Shown: positions 1-10,971 of the stretch, one piece after another | Position numbering within the stretch: position 1 is the stretch's first letter | Layout: each line of letters opens with the position of its first letter | Virus record (IMG/VR): IMGVR_UViG_3300046808_001241 | Location: 153,183-217,182 of that record | Length of the DNA: 64,000 bases | Reading direction: 5' to 3' (one strand) | The notes under the pieces: model-generated | Database searches by the model: none | Seen by the model: only the letters and a program-made list of their open reading frames with translations | What the model was told of the DNA's origin: nothing | Made by a program: the position numbers and the translations under genes

Positions 1-3000
1 GATTTAGTTAAGCTTTTTTTAACTGCTCCAGCTAGTTGGCCAGCAACAGGAGGCTCCTTTAACCATTGGTTTTTTTCTTGCCAGTCATAAAGAGAATCTT
101 GATCCTGTTTTGATAATCCTCTTCCTCCGATATGTACTTTTTCGTTTTCTGTTAAAAACTCCCCAGATAAATTCAAAGTCTTAAGAGATGTAGTAAATTC
201 TTTGTTGATGAATTGAGAAGCTCCAAGATTTTGTGGCAAGAAGTATCCGCCTACATCATCCCTTGTATAGATGTCTTCTAAAACAGGAACCGTTGCAACA
301 GTGGGATAAAATCTATTAGGTAAATTTGCCCAAGGCTTTGGAGAACTAAAAAATAATTCAGGAGTAGGAGTTTCAAGATCTTGAGTAACATCTGTAGATA
401 CAGTCCAAACGAAGCTGCTCAAAGCATAATATAAAATTTCTACAGGCAATCCGTTTTTAGTATTTGTTAGAGTAATCGGAGTAGCAGAGGTATTATAATA
501 TACCGACAAGTCTTCCTGACGTTTAGATCTAAAGATTGAAGAAAGATTTGAAAATTGTGAAGTAGTTGCGGACAGATAACACCATTGTGTATCATCAACG
601 AACGTTTTATAGTTAATTGGCTGTTTCCACTCTAGAGTATAACTTTTTCTATTATAGTCTATAACGCTTCCATAAGATATTTCGAATGGAGAAATTATTG
701 GACTGTGGTTGGGCAAATAGCTATCAATGTAGTTATTTGGATATCCCCAAGAATAAATTCCCTTGAATCTTGTTGATGAAGATTTGTCTAAATAAAGCTC
801 AGCCCAGTATGGTCTTGCTCCTGGAGCATTTTGTTGAGCTTTGTTTGTGTTATAGTTCCAACCAAATAAATCATGTTCGATTAAGAAACCGTTCGTAGAT
901 GTTGTAAAATCCAATAAAACTTCTTCATCAGAAAATTCAGGAACAACTGATATTAAAGGAATATTTGTCGACTCAAAAACTCTTGCTCCTCCAACTTTTG
1001 TTGCAGTGACAGCAATTGAATACGTTCCAGTAATAGGAGGAGTAAATGTTGGGGCGAAGGTGTTTAAAATCCATTGTTGCTCGCCGTCTTCTAATCTTTC
1101 GATTCTCCACGCATTAATTGCAGTAATTTCAGTAAATTGAGTAGAAGGATATTGAGGATCTGTAGATCCAAAAGGCTTTTGTTGGAATGGCCAATTAATT
1201 GCTGTGTAGTTAACATCCGAATTTATTGCAATCTTGTCAAAAGATGACCAAACCGTATTAATGTTTTCTGAAGTATTTTCGACCTCGACAGTTGAAAGCA
1301 AGTACGAAGTTGTAGTAGGCCGTCTTTCATATCTAATAAAGTCTCCGGCATTTAGCTTCATCTGAGAAGACTTTTCAGTAGGAGCCCATGTTCCGTCTGC
1401 TTGCAATTTAGCTTCAGCCCAAACTGTTGCAGGAGTTAAAAATTTATAATTTACGGAATATGGAGGAAATTGTTCTTCTTGGGTTTTTGATGTAGCTCTG
1501 TAATAAAAATATACTTTTCCTGGTTTAAGAGTAAGAGGAGTAGTTGAAAGTAGGTTATTCGAAGTCCAAGCTCCATCACCCCAACTGTGTTTTGTTTTAG
1601 TTTTATACCAAGCAATTTCAGTAGAAGATTCAAACGTACCGCTTAAAGAATCCCTCCATGAACCAAAATCAAATTCATCTAGTTTGTTTGTTGTGTCTTC
1701 GATAACACAATCAGCAAACATATTATTGTCTTGCAATTGTCTTCCGGTATGTCCAAAAGGACTATAATAGACTTGTTTGCAAGTGCACTTTTGCCATTCA
1801 AAGCTAGAGACAGAAGGAGTGTTTGTAGTAAAAGGACAATCAGCACTATGTGGAATAGTAGCAAAAACGTCATTTACACTTGTTTCGGGGCCCTGCCATA
1901 AAAATCTTGTAAAAACTCCAGGAGCAAATAAAGCACTGAATCCGTCTTGTTTGTGAGTTTTATAACCACTTAACTGAACCATTGCTGCAGAAAGCCAAGC
2001 ACATTCAAGAGCGGCATCTGACTCATCTTTATAGTTATTAACTTTGTAAATTTTGTCTGCTAGCTCAAAAGAAGAAGCAGCAATAGATAAAGATGTTGAT
2101 ATGTCTTGAATAGAAACAGCATTGCAAGCTCCTGCAAATGAAATCTTTTCTAAATACGAATTGAATTCAGATTCCTCATTTACCGTTCCATATGGCCACA
2201 AAAGAACGTTTGTGGAGTTAGGAGAAACAGGCAATGAAGTTCTTTCAAAGCGATATAACCAAGCTCCACTTAATTCCCCGTAAGGGATTGTTGTGTCTTC
2301 GGTACGATCTGTTCTAATATAGACTTGATCAGCAAAATTTGGGTTTTTATTAGGAATTGCACCAGAGCTAATCAAAGTTGTGTTATTCAGTAATATAACA
2401 TCATGAGTGTCAGCTGGTAAGGTTTGAGACCAATAAGCTTGATTAACTTGAGCTTTTAAATCTTTTGATAGAAAATCAAACCCTTGTGTAAATTCTAAGC
2501 TCGAACCAGTCCATGGAATATTGATTCCAGATAAACCATATCCCGGAAACGGAAATATAAAAGATGTGGTGGAATTTTGCTTGAGAGAAGACTTAACTGT
2601 TTTCGGTTCTTGTTCAAAGTCTTTATAATAAAGCCAAGCACTTTCAACTCGTTCTCCATTTTTGACAAAGACGACATCTGAATCTTCAATTGTTGCTCCA
2701 GCAGTAGCTCCTTCAATTTTTAGTGAACTCAGAGCTACGGGAGTCAGCTTTCCTTTTATAGCTACACTGTTGTCCAGAGTGCCATACGGATAATAAAAAT
2801 AATTGTTTCCTGCTTGAAGAGGAACGTCTGTTGTTTCTGTTACCGAAGAAGCAGCAGTAAATGTTACTGTATACTTGTCTTCTGAAAGATAATTTTGTAA
2901 AAAACTTCCGTATAAGTCTGCATCAGATGTTTCAAGAATATTAGAAGTAAGTTCAGAAACAAATGATTCAACATCCGAACTTAATGGAAGACTCAATGAA

Positions 3001-3698
3001 CTAAACAACCATTCAGAAGAGGAAAGCACGATTCCTTTTGTGAGGAAGAATTGTTCTGTTGCATCATGAAACAAATTATAGTATCCTGATACAGGAAGGC
3101 TGGTAGATTGATCAAAATAAACGTGATCATCATAAACTTCTTCTACTTGAATTACTAACGAATCTTGAAGAGCAGAAAATTGAGGAACGACAGTTTGTAA
3201 GGATGGGTCTAGTTCGTTGTTTAATGAAGAAAAAGTTTCGAACAAATAGCGGTAAATTTCTTGCTCGATTGATGTAGGAGTTCCAACTGTATTATACTTT
3301 ACTTTGGTGTTTTTAAGTTTATTGCGAAGCTTTAGATAATACAGAGAAATATCTTTAAGCTTTTTAGCAAAGTAAGGAATAGCTAAAAGAAGTTCTTTTT
3401 CGTCAGCTAAATTTACCTTGTTGTACCAAAGGTTTTTTTCTTCTTCAGAAAAGAACAATTGGAGTTGGTCTAGAAGATAAAGATACTTTTGCCTTAAAAC
3501 AAATTTTTGAGAAAGCTGCTTTTCTTTATTGTTAGCAAACCACTCTAAAACATATCTTTGATAGTGGTACGGAGCATCCTTTTCAGCAAGACTAGGTCTG
3601 CGCTGCTTCCATTCAAGATACGAGAACGGAGCATTTAAGTCAGTCTTTGTACCCTGGGGCTCGTTACTAACAATCTGTTTAAGATATTTCGGTTCCAC
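1..3698 (-). CDS. Large virion/baseplate-associated protein (>1230 aa, runs off window start; absent from ORF track)
   Basis: GTG at 3698 (VEPKYLKQIVSNEPQG...), 6 nt after an AATAATTA late-promoter-like motif. Same frame open where spot-checked near 3300-3698, 2460-2515 and 1-65. Co-oriented with baseplate genes. Confidence 0.8.
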   Translation of the reverse strand, partial: MEPKYLKQIVSNEPQGTKTDLNAPFSYLEWKQRRPSLAEKDAPYHYQRYVLEWFANNKEKQLSQKFVLRQKYLYLLDQLQLFFSEEEKNLWYNKVNLADEKELLLAIPYFAKKLKDISLYYLKLRNKLKNTKVKYNTVGTPTSIEQEIYRYLFETFSSLNNELDPSLQTVVPQFSALQDSLVIQVEEVYDDHVYFDQSTSLPVSGYYNLFHDATEQFFLTKGIVLSSSEWLFSSLSLPLSSDVESFVSELTSNILETSDADLYGSFLQNYLSEDKYTVTFTAASSVTETTDVPLQAGNNYFYYPYGTLDNSVAIKGKLTPVALSSLKIEGATAGATIEDSDVVFVKNGERVESAWLYYKDFEQEPKTVKSSLKQNSTTSFIFPFPGYGLSGINIPWTGSSLEFTQGFDFLSKDLKAQVNQAYWSQTLPADTHDVILLNNTTLISSGAIPNKNPNFADQVYIRTDRTEDTTIPYGELSGAWLYRFERTSLPVSPNSTNVLLWPYGTVNEESEFNSYLEKISFAGACNAVSIQDISTSLSIAASSFELADKIYKVNNYKDESDAALECAWLSAAMVQLSGYKTHKQDGFSALFAPGVFTRFLWQGPETSVNDVFATIPHSADCPFTTNTPSVSSFEWQKCTCKQVYYSPFGHTGRQLQDNNMFADCVIEDTTNKLDEFDFGSWRDSLSGTFESSTEIAWYKTKTKHSWGDGAWTSNNLLSTTPLTLKPGKVYFYYRATSKTQEEQFPPYSVNYKFLTPATVWAEAKLQADGTWAPTEKSSQMKLNAGDFIRYERRPTTTSYLLSTVEVENTSENINTVWSSFDKIAINSDVNYTAINWPFQQKPFGSTDPQYPSTQFTEITAINAWRIERLEDGEQQWILNTFAPTFTPPITGTYSIAVTATKVGGARVFESTNIPLISVVPEFSDEEVLLDFTTSTNGFLIEHDLFGWNYNTNKAQQNAPGARPYWAELYLDKSSSTRFKGIYSWGYPNNYIDSYLPNHSPIISPFEISYGSVIDYNRKSYTLEWKQPINYKTFVDDTQWCYLSATTSQFSNLSSIFRSKRQEDLSVYYNTSATPITLTNTKNGLPVEILYYALSSFVWTVSTDVTQDLETPTPELFFSSPKPWANLPNRFYPTVATVPVLEDIYTRDDVGGYFLPQNLGASQFINKEFTTSLKTLNLSGEFLTENEKVHIGGRGLSKQDQDSLYDWQEKNQWLKEPPVAGQLAGAVKKSLTK

Positions 3699-3714
3699 TA
3701 ATAGTAATTATTCG

Positions 3715-4533
3715 TCAAATTGCTAAAAGAGGCACCTTAAATTGCTGTCCGTTAATAGTAATAACCAAGCTAGAAATACATTCTGTAATTGTTTGGCCGG
3801 GTTCTATAGAAACATTGCTCAAAGAGACCGCACCCGTCAAATCCCCTCCGGAAAGAGGCAAAAAGTTTGAGTGAGAATATTGTAAAGAAATTGAGTTGTC
3901 CCAATTTGTTGCAGAATTTGTTTGAACTGTTGAGAATGCGCTATCCCAATTTGCAGAGAGATCCCTTAATTCTGCATCAAATGTATTGTCAATTTCCCAT
4001 GTTGCGGAATTGGTTTGGACGACGGTATAAACCTCATTCCAAGCTCCTGAATTTGACTCTACGAGGGTATATGCAGTTTGCCAGTTTGCTGACAAATCCC
4101 GTAATTCCGTATCAATGGAGTTGTCAGTTTCCCAAGTAGCAGAATTAGCTTGAATCAGAGTATAGCTTTCAATCCACGATGCAGAATTTGATTCAACCGT
4201 TGAAAACGTACTATCCCAATTTGCAGACAAATCCCTTAATTCCGTATCAATGGAGTTGTTAGTTTCCCAAGTAGCAGAATTTGTTTGAATTAACGTATAA
4301 GCTTCTTCCCAAAATGCAGAGTTTGAACTAACAAGAGTATAAACAGATTCCCAATTGCCTGACAAATCTTTTAAATCAGTTCCTTGATATTTAAACAAAT
4401 CAGGAAGACTATCTTGAACTGTTTGAAAAGTTGTTCTTAGTTCCCCTGTAGCACTTGCTTTATATCCTACAAGATAATCCCCACTTTCGAGTGATGTAGA
4501 AAGATCAAAATCTGTTAGCTTCTTGTTTGCCAT
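3715..4533 (-). CDS. Fibre-like structural protein with 45-aa Trp/Ser/Asn repeats
   Basis: ELRDLSANW..(45 aa) units, DNA period 135 nt (3950, 4085, 4220); short C-terminal ITINGQQFKVPL cap. Confidence 0.7.
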   Translation of the reverse strand: MANKKLTDFDLSTSLESGDYLVGYKASATGELRTTFQTVQDSLPDLFKYQGTDLKDLSGNWESVYTLVSSNSAFWEEAYTLIQTNSATWETNNSIDTELRDLSANWDSTFSTVESNSASWIESYTLIQANSATWETDNSIDTELRDLSANWQTAYTLVESNSGAWNEVYTVVQTNSATWEIDNTFDAELRDLSANWDSAFSTVQTNSATNWDNSISLQYSHSNFLPLSGGDLTGAVSLSNVSIEPGQTITECISSLVITINGQQFKVPLLAI

Positions 4534-4537
4534 AATG

Positions 4538-7500
4538 TTAATTATCGCTTATTAAGCGTTTTGTTAAAATGTTGTTGAACATAGTTTCTACCAAACCATT
4601 GTCACCATACCACTCTTCATAGGAGGAAAGTGTATAATCAACGGTTGTGAAATCAGAGTCCCAATTGATTATATTGCCTTTATAACCAATCTGCTCTTCG
4701 TTGTACTCAAAGAAGTAATAATTGTCAAAAATCGGTTCCCTTAATCCTTCAACTTGTATAGCAGAAAGTTGATATTTTAGATTCGGAGAAGGAAGCTCGA
4801 TCGACATATTGTTGATGGTTAAAATGTCTCGTTCGTTTTGAATATCGATTAAGATATTTCCAGCACTTAAAGGAGCAACGTAAACCAGTTGATATTTGTC
4901 GCTGTAAATACGATCTTTTGCAAAAATATACTGACCTGCAGAAACAAATGATGCTTCAGACAACACAGGACCTATGTTTTTGTTTAAATCTGTTTCATAA
5001 ACAACCTGGCCTCTTAATCTGTGTTTTGGTACTGAAAATAGATTTATTAATCTGCTTACTTCTACAGGAAAGTCTGTTCCGTAAATGTTAGCTGGTACAG
5101 ATAATTGTTCTGCAAACGATAATAACTGTGTTATTTCAGCCGTTTCGAAGTCTCCATGAGTCTGTACGAAGTTTGCAATTCTTTCATAGGCCACTCTTCC
5201 GATATCTTCTTTTGTAAGAATTCCGTCTCCAGCAACAGCTGACAAAAATTCATCAAATAAGATAGGATTTTCTTTTAGAATTTCCGGAAGAGCAAGAGAT
5301 TTAAAATACCCAGCACAATCAAACTCTTCATTAACTTTTGCTATATTGAATGAATTGTTTAGATCATACACATTAAACGGGGTAGAAGATCCTCTTACAG
5401 GTAATGAACTATAAGAACCACTATATTTTTGATACCATCTGTTTCCACTCCAATCTCCACCTGCTTGAGCCGACCTTACCTTTTCTTCAGGCAGAGCGCT
5501 TATATAATTTGTTCCACCTATTACTACATAATTTGTGTTTGCAGTAGGAATTAATTCAAATGTGTTCAAACTGCCAAATGGATCAGAAGTTTTAAATACA
5601 AACAACACGTTTTCTTCCGAATCCACAACCCAAACGCGATCAAAAACATCTACTGTCAACCCTCCCCAAATTTCGTTTTCATAATAGGCTTTATGAATAT
5701 CTTCCGGAGTATATCCAGAAACTTCTTCAAACGATTTTGTTGCTCCGTAAAATTTGTAGTGAGTAAATGTTTCGGTTGTATTATTATATTTGCTTAAGAA
5801 ATTGTAGCCGTGGGTAACCCATAGATTGTTGCTACGATCCAACATTATATAGCTTGGTCTGATAGCTCCCTCTATTGTCTTCAGGAGCGTTCCGTCAGTT
5901 CCTGAATGAAGTTGAATTTTATTTGAGTCCCGACAAGCAACCCAAACATTGTTTTCCGGATTTATTGTTAATGAAATAGGAACACTTGTTAAAGGAAGAG
6001 AAGTAGCTCTAAACAACTCTGCTCCAGTGTCTCCATCAAACTTGATCAAAGCAGAGCTGATTGTATGGGAATAACAAGCCCATGCATCGTTGTTGGAGTC
6101 AGTTTCAACTATTGGAGGAGAAACTAGCATCGAACCTTCTGCAGATAAACCAAGTGTTGTGTTTGGGGTGGCTGATAAAACTAAGTTCAATGAAGAATCT
6201 AGCTTTAACAAAACTTCCCTGCTATATAAAGAAATCCAGATATTACTAAAACGGTCAATTGAAATATGAGAAGGGACGTTGTAATCATCTCCAGTATAGC
6301 TAGAAATTGGAATCGTTTGATTAATTCCTAGTCCTCCATTCAAAACATAAAGAACGTCTTGATCCGCGTCTGTTGCATATAGCTTGTTTTGAATTGGATC
6401 AAAAGCCATTCCATAAACGTTCGAAGTACCAGACAATTGATAGTTTGCCAAATTTGCTGCAGTTAAAACAGGAACGCTAACATAAGAAGCAGAGCCCTCT
6501 ACAAGAATTCCCAAATCTTTATAGTATTGAATGTTTCCGCAAATTGTTGAAGAATATGTAACGATATCAATTCTGTTTATTGTGCTAACATTTGGATGGG
6601 AAACATAAACATTCGCATAAATTGGATATCCATCCGGAAAAGAAAAAGCTAAAGTAGAGCTTCCGGTTTCTTGGTTTGCAGCAATTGTGCTTACTGCAAC
6701 TACCACAGAAGAACTAAGAGGAGATAAAGGTGTAATTGTAGTAAAAAGATAACCGCTGGTAGTATTATCTTGTTCGTCAAATGCTTTGAAATACAAAGGG
6801 GCTTCAGAAGAGTTATAAGAAGTACCGTCGACTTCTACTGTATAATAATCTTCAGGAATTAGAGAACCTCCTTCTGCAGACAATACGAGTTTGACTTTGT
6901 TTACACCTCCAAGTTCGTTTGTTCTTGGATACGAAAGAACTTTTGACGGTTGAGTTGATGCATTACCGAACTCGTCAAGCAACGTAGGGTCAAATTCGCA
7001 TGTAATCATCACAGGAATTGGTACGTTTGACCATTTGATTGGATGAATGTCGCTGAGATAGTTTTCTGTGACTTTTAGTCTTGTTGGAATAGCATCATTG
7101 ATCTGCCAAGAAATTACAGCACGAGCAACTTCTGAATTGCTATAACTATAATACGGATATCTTAAAGACTCCGGAGGATATGTAAATCTTTCCGTGCTTA
7201 GCGTTGCAGCTAATAAAAGAGGACAGCCGCCTCCGGAGGCTAAGTCATCAACATAATAAAATGAAGCACTACCAGAAACAGCAACGACTTTATTATTTCT
7301 ATAAATTGGATTGGTTTTTAATACAATAGGACCATCTAAGTCTTGATCAGTTTCGGCATCGACAAACCTCCAACGAGGAACCAAAAATTCCCATTTTTCT
7401 GGAACAGCATAGCTGGGTACTGAGTTTGTGTTAAATGCTTGCAAGACGATTGATAAAGGCTGATCAATTTTTGATGACGTCAATTCAATAGTAAAGGGAG

Positions 7501-7822
7501 AATCAGATTTAACGCTTGGAGTTCCATAAGCACTCGGAAGCTGAGTAAAAATCAAAACATCTCGAAAGATGTAATCAACATCAACATCCGTTTGATCGGT
7601 TAATAAAAACCCTTCGTCCGTCCAAGCTGATAAACCAACTCTATAAACTCCAGGAAATCCATATGTAGCTGTGACAGAAGGAGTGTTATATTCAAATAAT
7701 CCATTTCCTAGATCCCATGAAAATTGAGTATATTCGGCTGGAAATTCTGCTGTGTATATGAAATCTGTTGCATATACATTGCCTTTTTGAGATTCCGGAG
7801 TAACTGTGAAATAGTTAGGCAT
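4538..7822 (-). CDS. Baseplate-region protein with N-terminal PKD-like domain and beta-propeller
   Basis: FSWDLGNG...ATYGFPGVYRVGL (PKD-like), repeated ..D..NN.WV blades, adjacent to gp6-like gene. Confidence 0.65.
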   Translation of the reverse strand: MPNYFTVTPESQKGNVYATDFIYTAEFPAEYTQFSWDLGNGLFEYNTPSVTATYGFPGVYRVGLSAWTDEGFLLTDQTDVDVDYIFRDVLIFTQLPSAYGTPSVKSDSPFTIELTSSKIDQPLSIVLQAFNTNSVPSYAVPEKWEFLVPRWRFVDAETDQDLDGPIVLKTNPIYRNNKVVAVSGSASFYYVDDLASGGGCPLLLAATLSTERFTYPPESLRYPYYSYSNSEVARAVISWQINDAIPTRLKVTENYLSDIHPIKWSNVPIPVMITCEFDPTLLDEFGNASTQPSKVLSYPRTNELGGVNKVKLVLSAEGGSLIPEDYYTVEVDGTSYNSSEAPLYFKAFDEQDNTTSGYLFTTITPLSPLSSSVVVAVSTIAANQETGSSTLAFSFPDGYPIYANVYVSHPNVSTINRIDIVTYSSTICGNIQYYKDLGILVEGSASYVSVPVLTAANLANYQLSGTSNVYGMAFDPIQNKLYATDADQDVLYVLNGGLGINQTIPISSYTGDDYNVPSHISIDRFSNIWISLYSREVLLKLDSSLNLVLSATPNTTLGLSAEGSMLVSPPIVETDSNNDAWACYSHTISSALIKFDGDTGAELFRATSLPLTSVPISLTINPENNVWVACRDSNKIQLHSGTDGTLLKTIEGAIRPSYIMLDRSNNLWVTHGYNFLSKYNNTTETFTHYKFYGATKSFEEVSGYTPEDIHKAYYENEIWGGLTVDVFDRVWVVDSEENVLFVFKTSDPFGSLNTFELIPTANTNYVVIGGTNYISALPEEKVRSAQAGGDWSGNRWYQKYSGSYSSLPVRGSSTPFNVYDLNNSFNIAKVNEEFDCAGYFKSLALPEILKENPILFDEFLSAVAGDGILTKEDIGRVAYERIANFVQTHGDFETAEITQLLSFAEQLSVPANIYGTDFPVEVSRLINLFSVPKHRLRGQVVYETDLNKNIGPVLSEASFVSAGQYIFAKDRIYSDKYQLVYVAPLSAGNILIDIQNERDILTINNMSIELPSPNLKYQLSAIQVEGLREPIFDNYYFFEYNEEQIGYKGNIINWDSDFTTVDYTLSSYEEWYGDNGLVETMFNNILTKRLISDN

Positions 7823-9633
7823 TAAATGACTTTATCTGTTTCTTGTTCCAAGACTTCGATTTGCGAAAAAACACTCTGTAAGTTATCGTAATACACAAAT
7901 TCAAAATCTTTCATTTCTATATCATTGACAATCGATTGTTTGTCTAAATCCGGATACGAAGGATTCCACATAAACAAAGAAAGTCCATTGAACGTTTCGT
8001 CTGTATCCAACCTTCTTGTAATAATTTTCGAAACTCCATCAACTGCTAGAATACTTTTAGCTAAAGAGCTGTATTCAAAAAGACCTCCAAGAGTCGCATT
8101 TGTAGGATTGAAGAAGTCTTTAAAGATCGTTTCTACTTCTGATGCAATAGATCTAGTGGATCTTTTATTGTTCGTTGAACGGATAATTTCCAATCTACAA
8201 AAATCTTTATCAGAAACAACTACTTCGTCATTAGTTTTAACACCAATGGATACTGCTTTAAACACTGGATCTAAAAACGTAATTTCAGAAGTAAGAGTCT
8301 TGAGCGAATCAATGTTTGATTTAATGATTTCTTTTTGAGCAGGCAAAAGGTACTTTAATGTTGATTGCTGACTAACTTTTGGAACACAGCAAATATAAAC
8401 GTTATTGAAATTACAGCTATCTGCATAAGCAATTTGATTCAACAAAATCTGCCTAAATGAAGTTGGAGAAACTTGTATGTCATTAAAATATTTTAAATAA
8501 TCGCTGGTATAATCCCAGTTTGAAAACACTCTTACGTCGTTAATAAAGTTGGAGAAGTTTGTTCTAATGAAGGTTTCGTAGTCTTCTTTTGTTACTAAGC
8601 GATATTGGCTCTTGAAGTTTGCAGGAGCATTTTTTCTAATATCATCTGCTGTTTCAATATCTTTTGGAACGGTTGAGCCCACAACATTATTGAAAAACAA
8701 ATTGTTTAATTGGTTTGTGTTTAAGTATGTGAACTGTTCGTTGTTTACTTCAGTCAGTAACGGTCCAAATGTTGAAGTATTAAAGATTGACTTCGTTCCA
8801 GTAGAAATTTCCCCAGGTCCGATAATTCCTTGCTGGCCAGAGCTTTGCAAATAATAAATTGCTACTTGATCGTTTTCTTCAAGCTTTCTTCCATTAATAC
8901 CATCCCCGAAAGTAACTTCATAAAGAAGATCAGAATTTAATCGTTTTTCGAACGATCTGGAAAAAGCTTGTTCCGTATAAAGTGTTGGAACGTTTGCATA
9001 TTGCACCCAACGATTTTGACGAGACTCATACACATATACATCGATGTTAAAGTGATCCACAAAAATGTTTGAAACGTTAATTGTAACAACTTCATTAGGA
9101 TCTCCGCTAGCTCTATATAATGGATTTTCACGATAAATTCCTTGGTATAAAAGTTTTTTGTTTGTTAAGTCTGTAAGTTCTACTGCTTGCGGGTCTGTTG
9201 ATATTGCAAACGAGACGTCTTCGTTAAACGAAAATGGAACTCCAGCAACAGTCAAATAGGTATAACGAGGTATTGTATAAAATCCTGCATTAAGATTTTG
9301 TGCCGAACATTGAAAAGCAAGAGTCGAAGTCTGATAGCCAATTGGTTTGTAGTCAAGAAGCTTTACAATTCTGCTAATGTTTTCATATAACTGAGCTTCA
9401 GTAAAGATCGACTCCGTACTAGTTCTGTTAAGATAGAACATCAAAGTGTTAAAAGAATATGAAATAATATCAATAATAGCAGCTAGATTTGAACCAATAT
9501 AGTTTTGATCGGTATAGATGCCCTGATCATTCATTCTTTGAATAATCAAATTACGAAGCGATATAGCATCAAATGCTGCGTAGCTATCTTTAGGTAGCGG
9601 ATATTCGTTTGTTGGTACTATTTCGTTGGCCAT
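7822..9633 (-). CDS. Baseplate wedge subunit, T4 gp6-like
   Basis: FDAISLRNLI...GSNLAAIIDIISY and QYRLVTKEDY motifs; next to gp25-like gene. Confidence 0.85.
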   Translation of the reverse strand: MANEIVPTNEYPLPKDSYAAFDAISLRNLIIQRMNDQGIYTDQNYIGSNLAAIIDIISYSFNTLMFYLNRTSTESIFTEAQLYENISRIVKLLDYKPIGYQTSTLAFQCSAQNLNAGFYTIPRYTYLTVAGVPFSFNEDVSFAISTDPQAVELTDLTNKKLLYQGIYRENPLYRASGDPNEVVTINVSNIFVDHFNIDVYVYESRQNRWVQYANVPTLYTEQAFSRSFEKRLNSDLLYEVTFGDGINGRKLEENDQVAIYYLQSSGQQGIIGPGEISTGTKSIFNTSTFGPLLTEVNNEQFTYLNTNQLNNLFFNNVVGSTVPKDIETADDIRKNAPANFKSQYRLVTKEDYETFIRTNFSNFINDVRVFSNWDYTSDYLKYFNDIQVSPTSFRQILLNQIAYADSCNFNNVYICCVPKVSQQSTLKYLLPAQKEIIKSNIDSLKTLTSEITFLDPVFKAVSIGVKTNDEVVVSDKDFCRLEIIRSTNNKRSTRSIASEVETIFKDFFNPTNATLGGLFEYSSLAKSILAVDGVSKIITRRLDTDETFNGLSLFMWNPSYPDLDKQSIVNDIEMKDFEFVYYDNLQSVFSQIEVLEQETDKVI

Positions 9634-9634
9634 A

Positions 9635-10135
9635 TTATCTGTTTCTGGATGTTTCTACAAAAATAAATGATTGTTGTTTGACGTCCAAAATAGTATTTAT
9701 AGACGTTGTTGTATTTAAAATAGGGATTGAAACAATAATTGTTATTTCATATTCATTGTCGTCTGGCTTTGCTACTACATTACAACGTTCCAGCTTGACT
9801 CTCGGTTCATACTTGTCAATAGCTGTTACAATCCTTTCCCCAATCATCTGACCGTTTATTTCAGTTATTGGTTCAAAAAGCCATTGATAGATGTCTAAGC
9901 CATACAAAGGAAATAAAAACCTTTGGCCAGGCAGAGTGTTAAAAAGATTTCTTAAAGAATTTCTGATTGCTCTTTCATCAAAATCTACTTGGGTATCGTT
10001 TCCTTCAATTTTTCTTTGTTGAGACGTGCTAAATTCACTAGACTTAGCAAAATCCAAATGCAGATCTTTAAACACATATTGCTTCTGCTTGAATTGCTCT
10101 GCTATTTGTTCCAGATTAGCGATCTTGATTGCCAT
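9635..10135 (-). CDS. Baseplate wedge subunit, gp25/GPW family
   Basis: AIRNSLRNLFNTLPGQRFLFPLYG...LFEP...IDKYEPRV. Confidence 0.9.
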   Translation of the reverse strand: MAIKIANLEQIAEQFKQKQYVFKDLHLDFAKSSEFSTSQQRKIEGNDTQVDFDERAIRNSLRNLFNTLPGQRFLFPLYGLDIYQWLFEPITEINGQMIGERIVTAIDKYEPRVKLERCNVVAKPDDNEYEITIIVSIPILNTTTSINTILDVKQQSFIFVETSRNR

Positions 10136-10199
10136 TAAAATTACTTATTCAAAGAAAATTTGAATGAGATTTTTGAAATAAAATTGATAAATAAGATTC

Positions 10200-10730
10200 A
10201 TGAGCAAATTTGATACGTTACTTGAAGCTGAAGCAGAGAAGTTTCAGTCTGGAGGATATATGGTAGGACAGAGAATCCGCTTTAAGAAAGACGCTTTACA
10301 AAGCGAATATGTTAAAACACGTGCTCAATCCTTTCAAGATATTATTAAAGCTTGTATGGATCCTGGTTTTGATTTGAACCTTCGCATTGGAGCAACTAAA
10401 TCAATTTATCCAACAACAACACAAAATTACGGTAACGGAACTCAACAATCAGCCGGTGTATTTTTTGACATATATATTGAATATGCCCCTGGTTTGTTTA
10501 GAAATCCAATGACAGTACCACTGGAAATTGTTGAAGAAATCCCAGGAGATGAAGGAAGAGGCCCAATTCCCGACAGTCTCCGTCGTAAAAATAAGATTCA
10601 TGGTCCAGAAGAACAAAAAGCTGAATCAGATATTAAGGCAAACGTGAATTTAACAACTCAGAATGTTAAATTGCCTGGCTCCAATAAATGGGATGACACC
10701 AAACCAGGTGGGGGAAATTTCAAACCGTAA
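10200..10730 (+). CDS. Hypothetical protein, possible head-packaged protein
   Basis: 176 aa ORF; GATAAATA 6 nt upstream; N-terminus MSKFDTLLE. Confidence 0.75.
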   Translation: MSKFDTLLEAEAEKFQSGGYMVGQRIRFKKDALQSEYVKTRAQSFQDIIKACMDPGFDLNLRIGATKSIYPTTTQNYGNGTQQSAGVFFDIYIEYAPGLFRNPMTVPLEIVEEIPGDEGRGPIPDSLRRKNKIHGPEEQKAESDIKANVNLTTQNVKLPGSNKWDDTKPGGGNFKP

Positions 10731-10773
10731 GTAGAAATTTCAAAAAAACCAATTAACCTAATACGCACGACCT

Positions 10774-10971
10774 ATGTTCAAAAATATTTACTACAAAACC
10801 TTAGTTTGGACTTCTTATCAAATTGGAGATATTTTGAGTAATTTTGAATATGAATGGAGTTATAACCTCTATCAAAAATGCATGAGCTTTTCTTTAGATT
10901 GCGATGAGCATATTGATTTTTGGTTTTGGAAAGAACCTCCTTTGAACGACGATGAGGATGACAATTTATGA
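10774..10971 (+). CDS. Small hypothetical protein
   Basis: 65 aa, acidic tail, ATGA overlap with nrdB. Confidence 0.5.
   Translation: MFKNIYYKTLVWTSYQIGDILSNFEYEWSYNLYQKCMSFSLDCDEHIDFWFWKEPPLNDDEDDNL

Noticed and set aside
1451-2716. Short minus-strand ORFs at 1451, 1679 and 2495
   Set aside because: Out-of-frame shadows within the long ORF 1-3698
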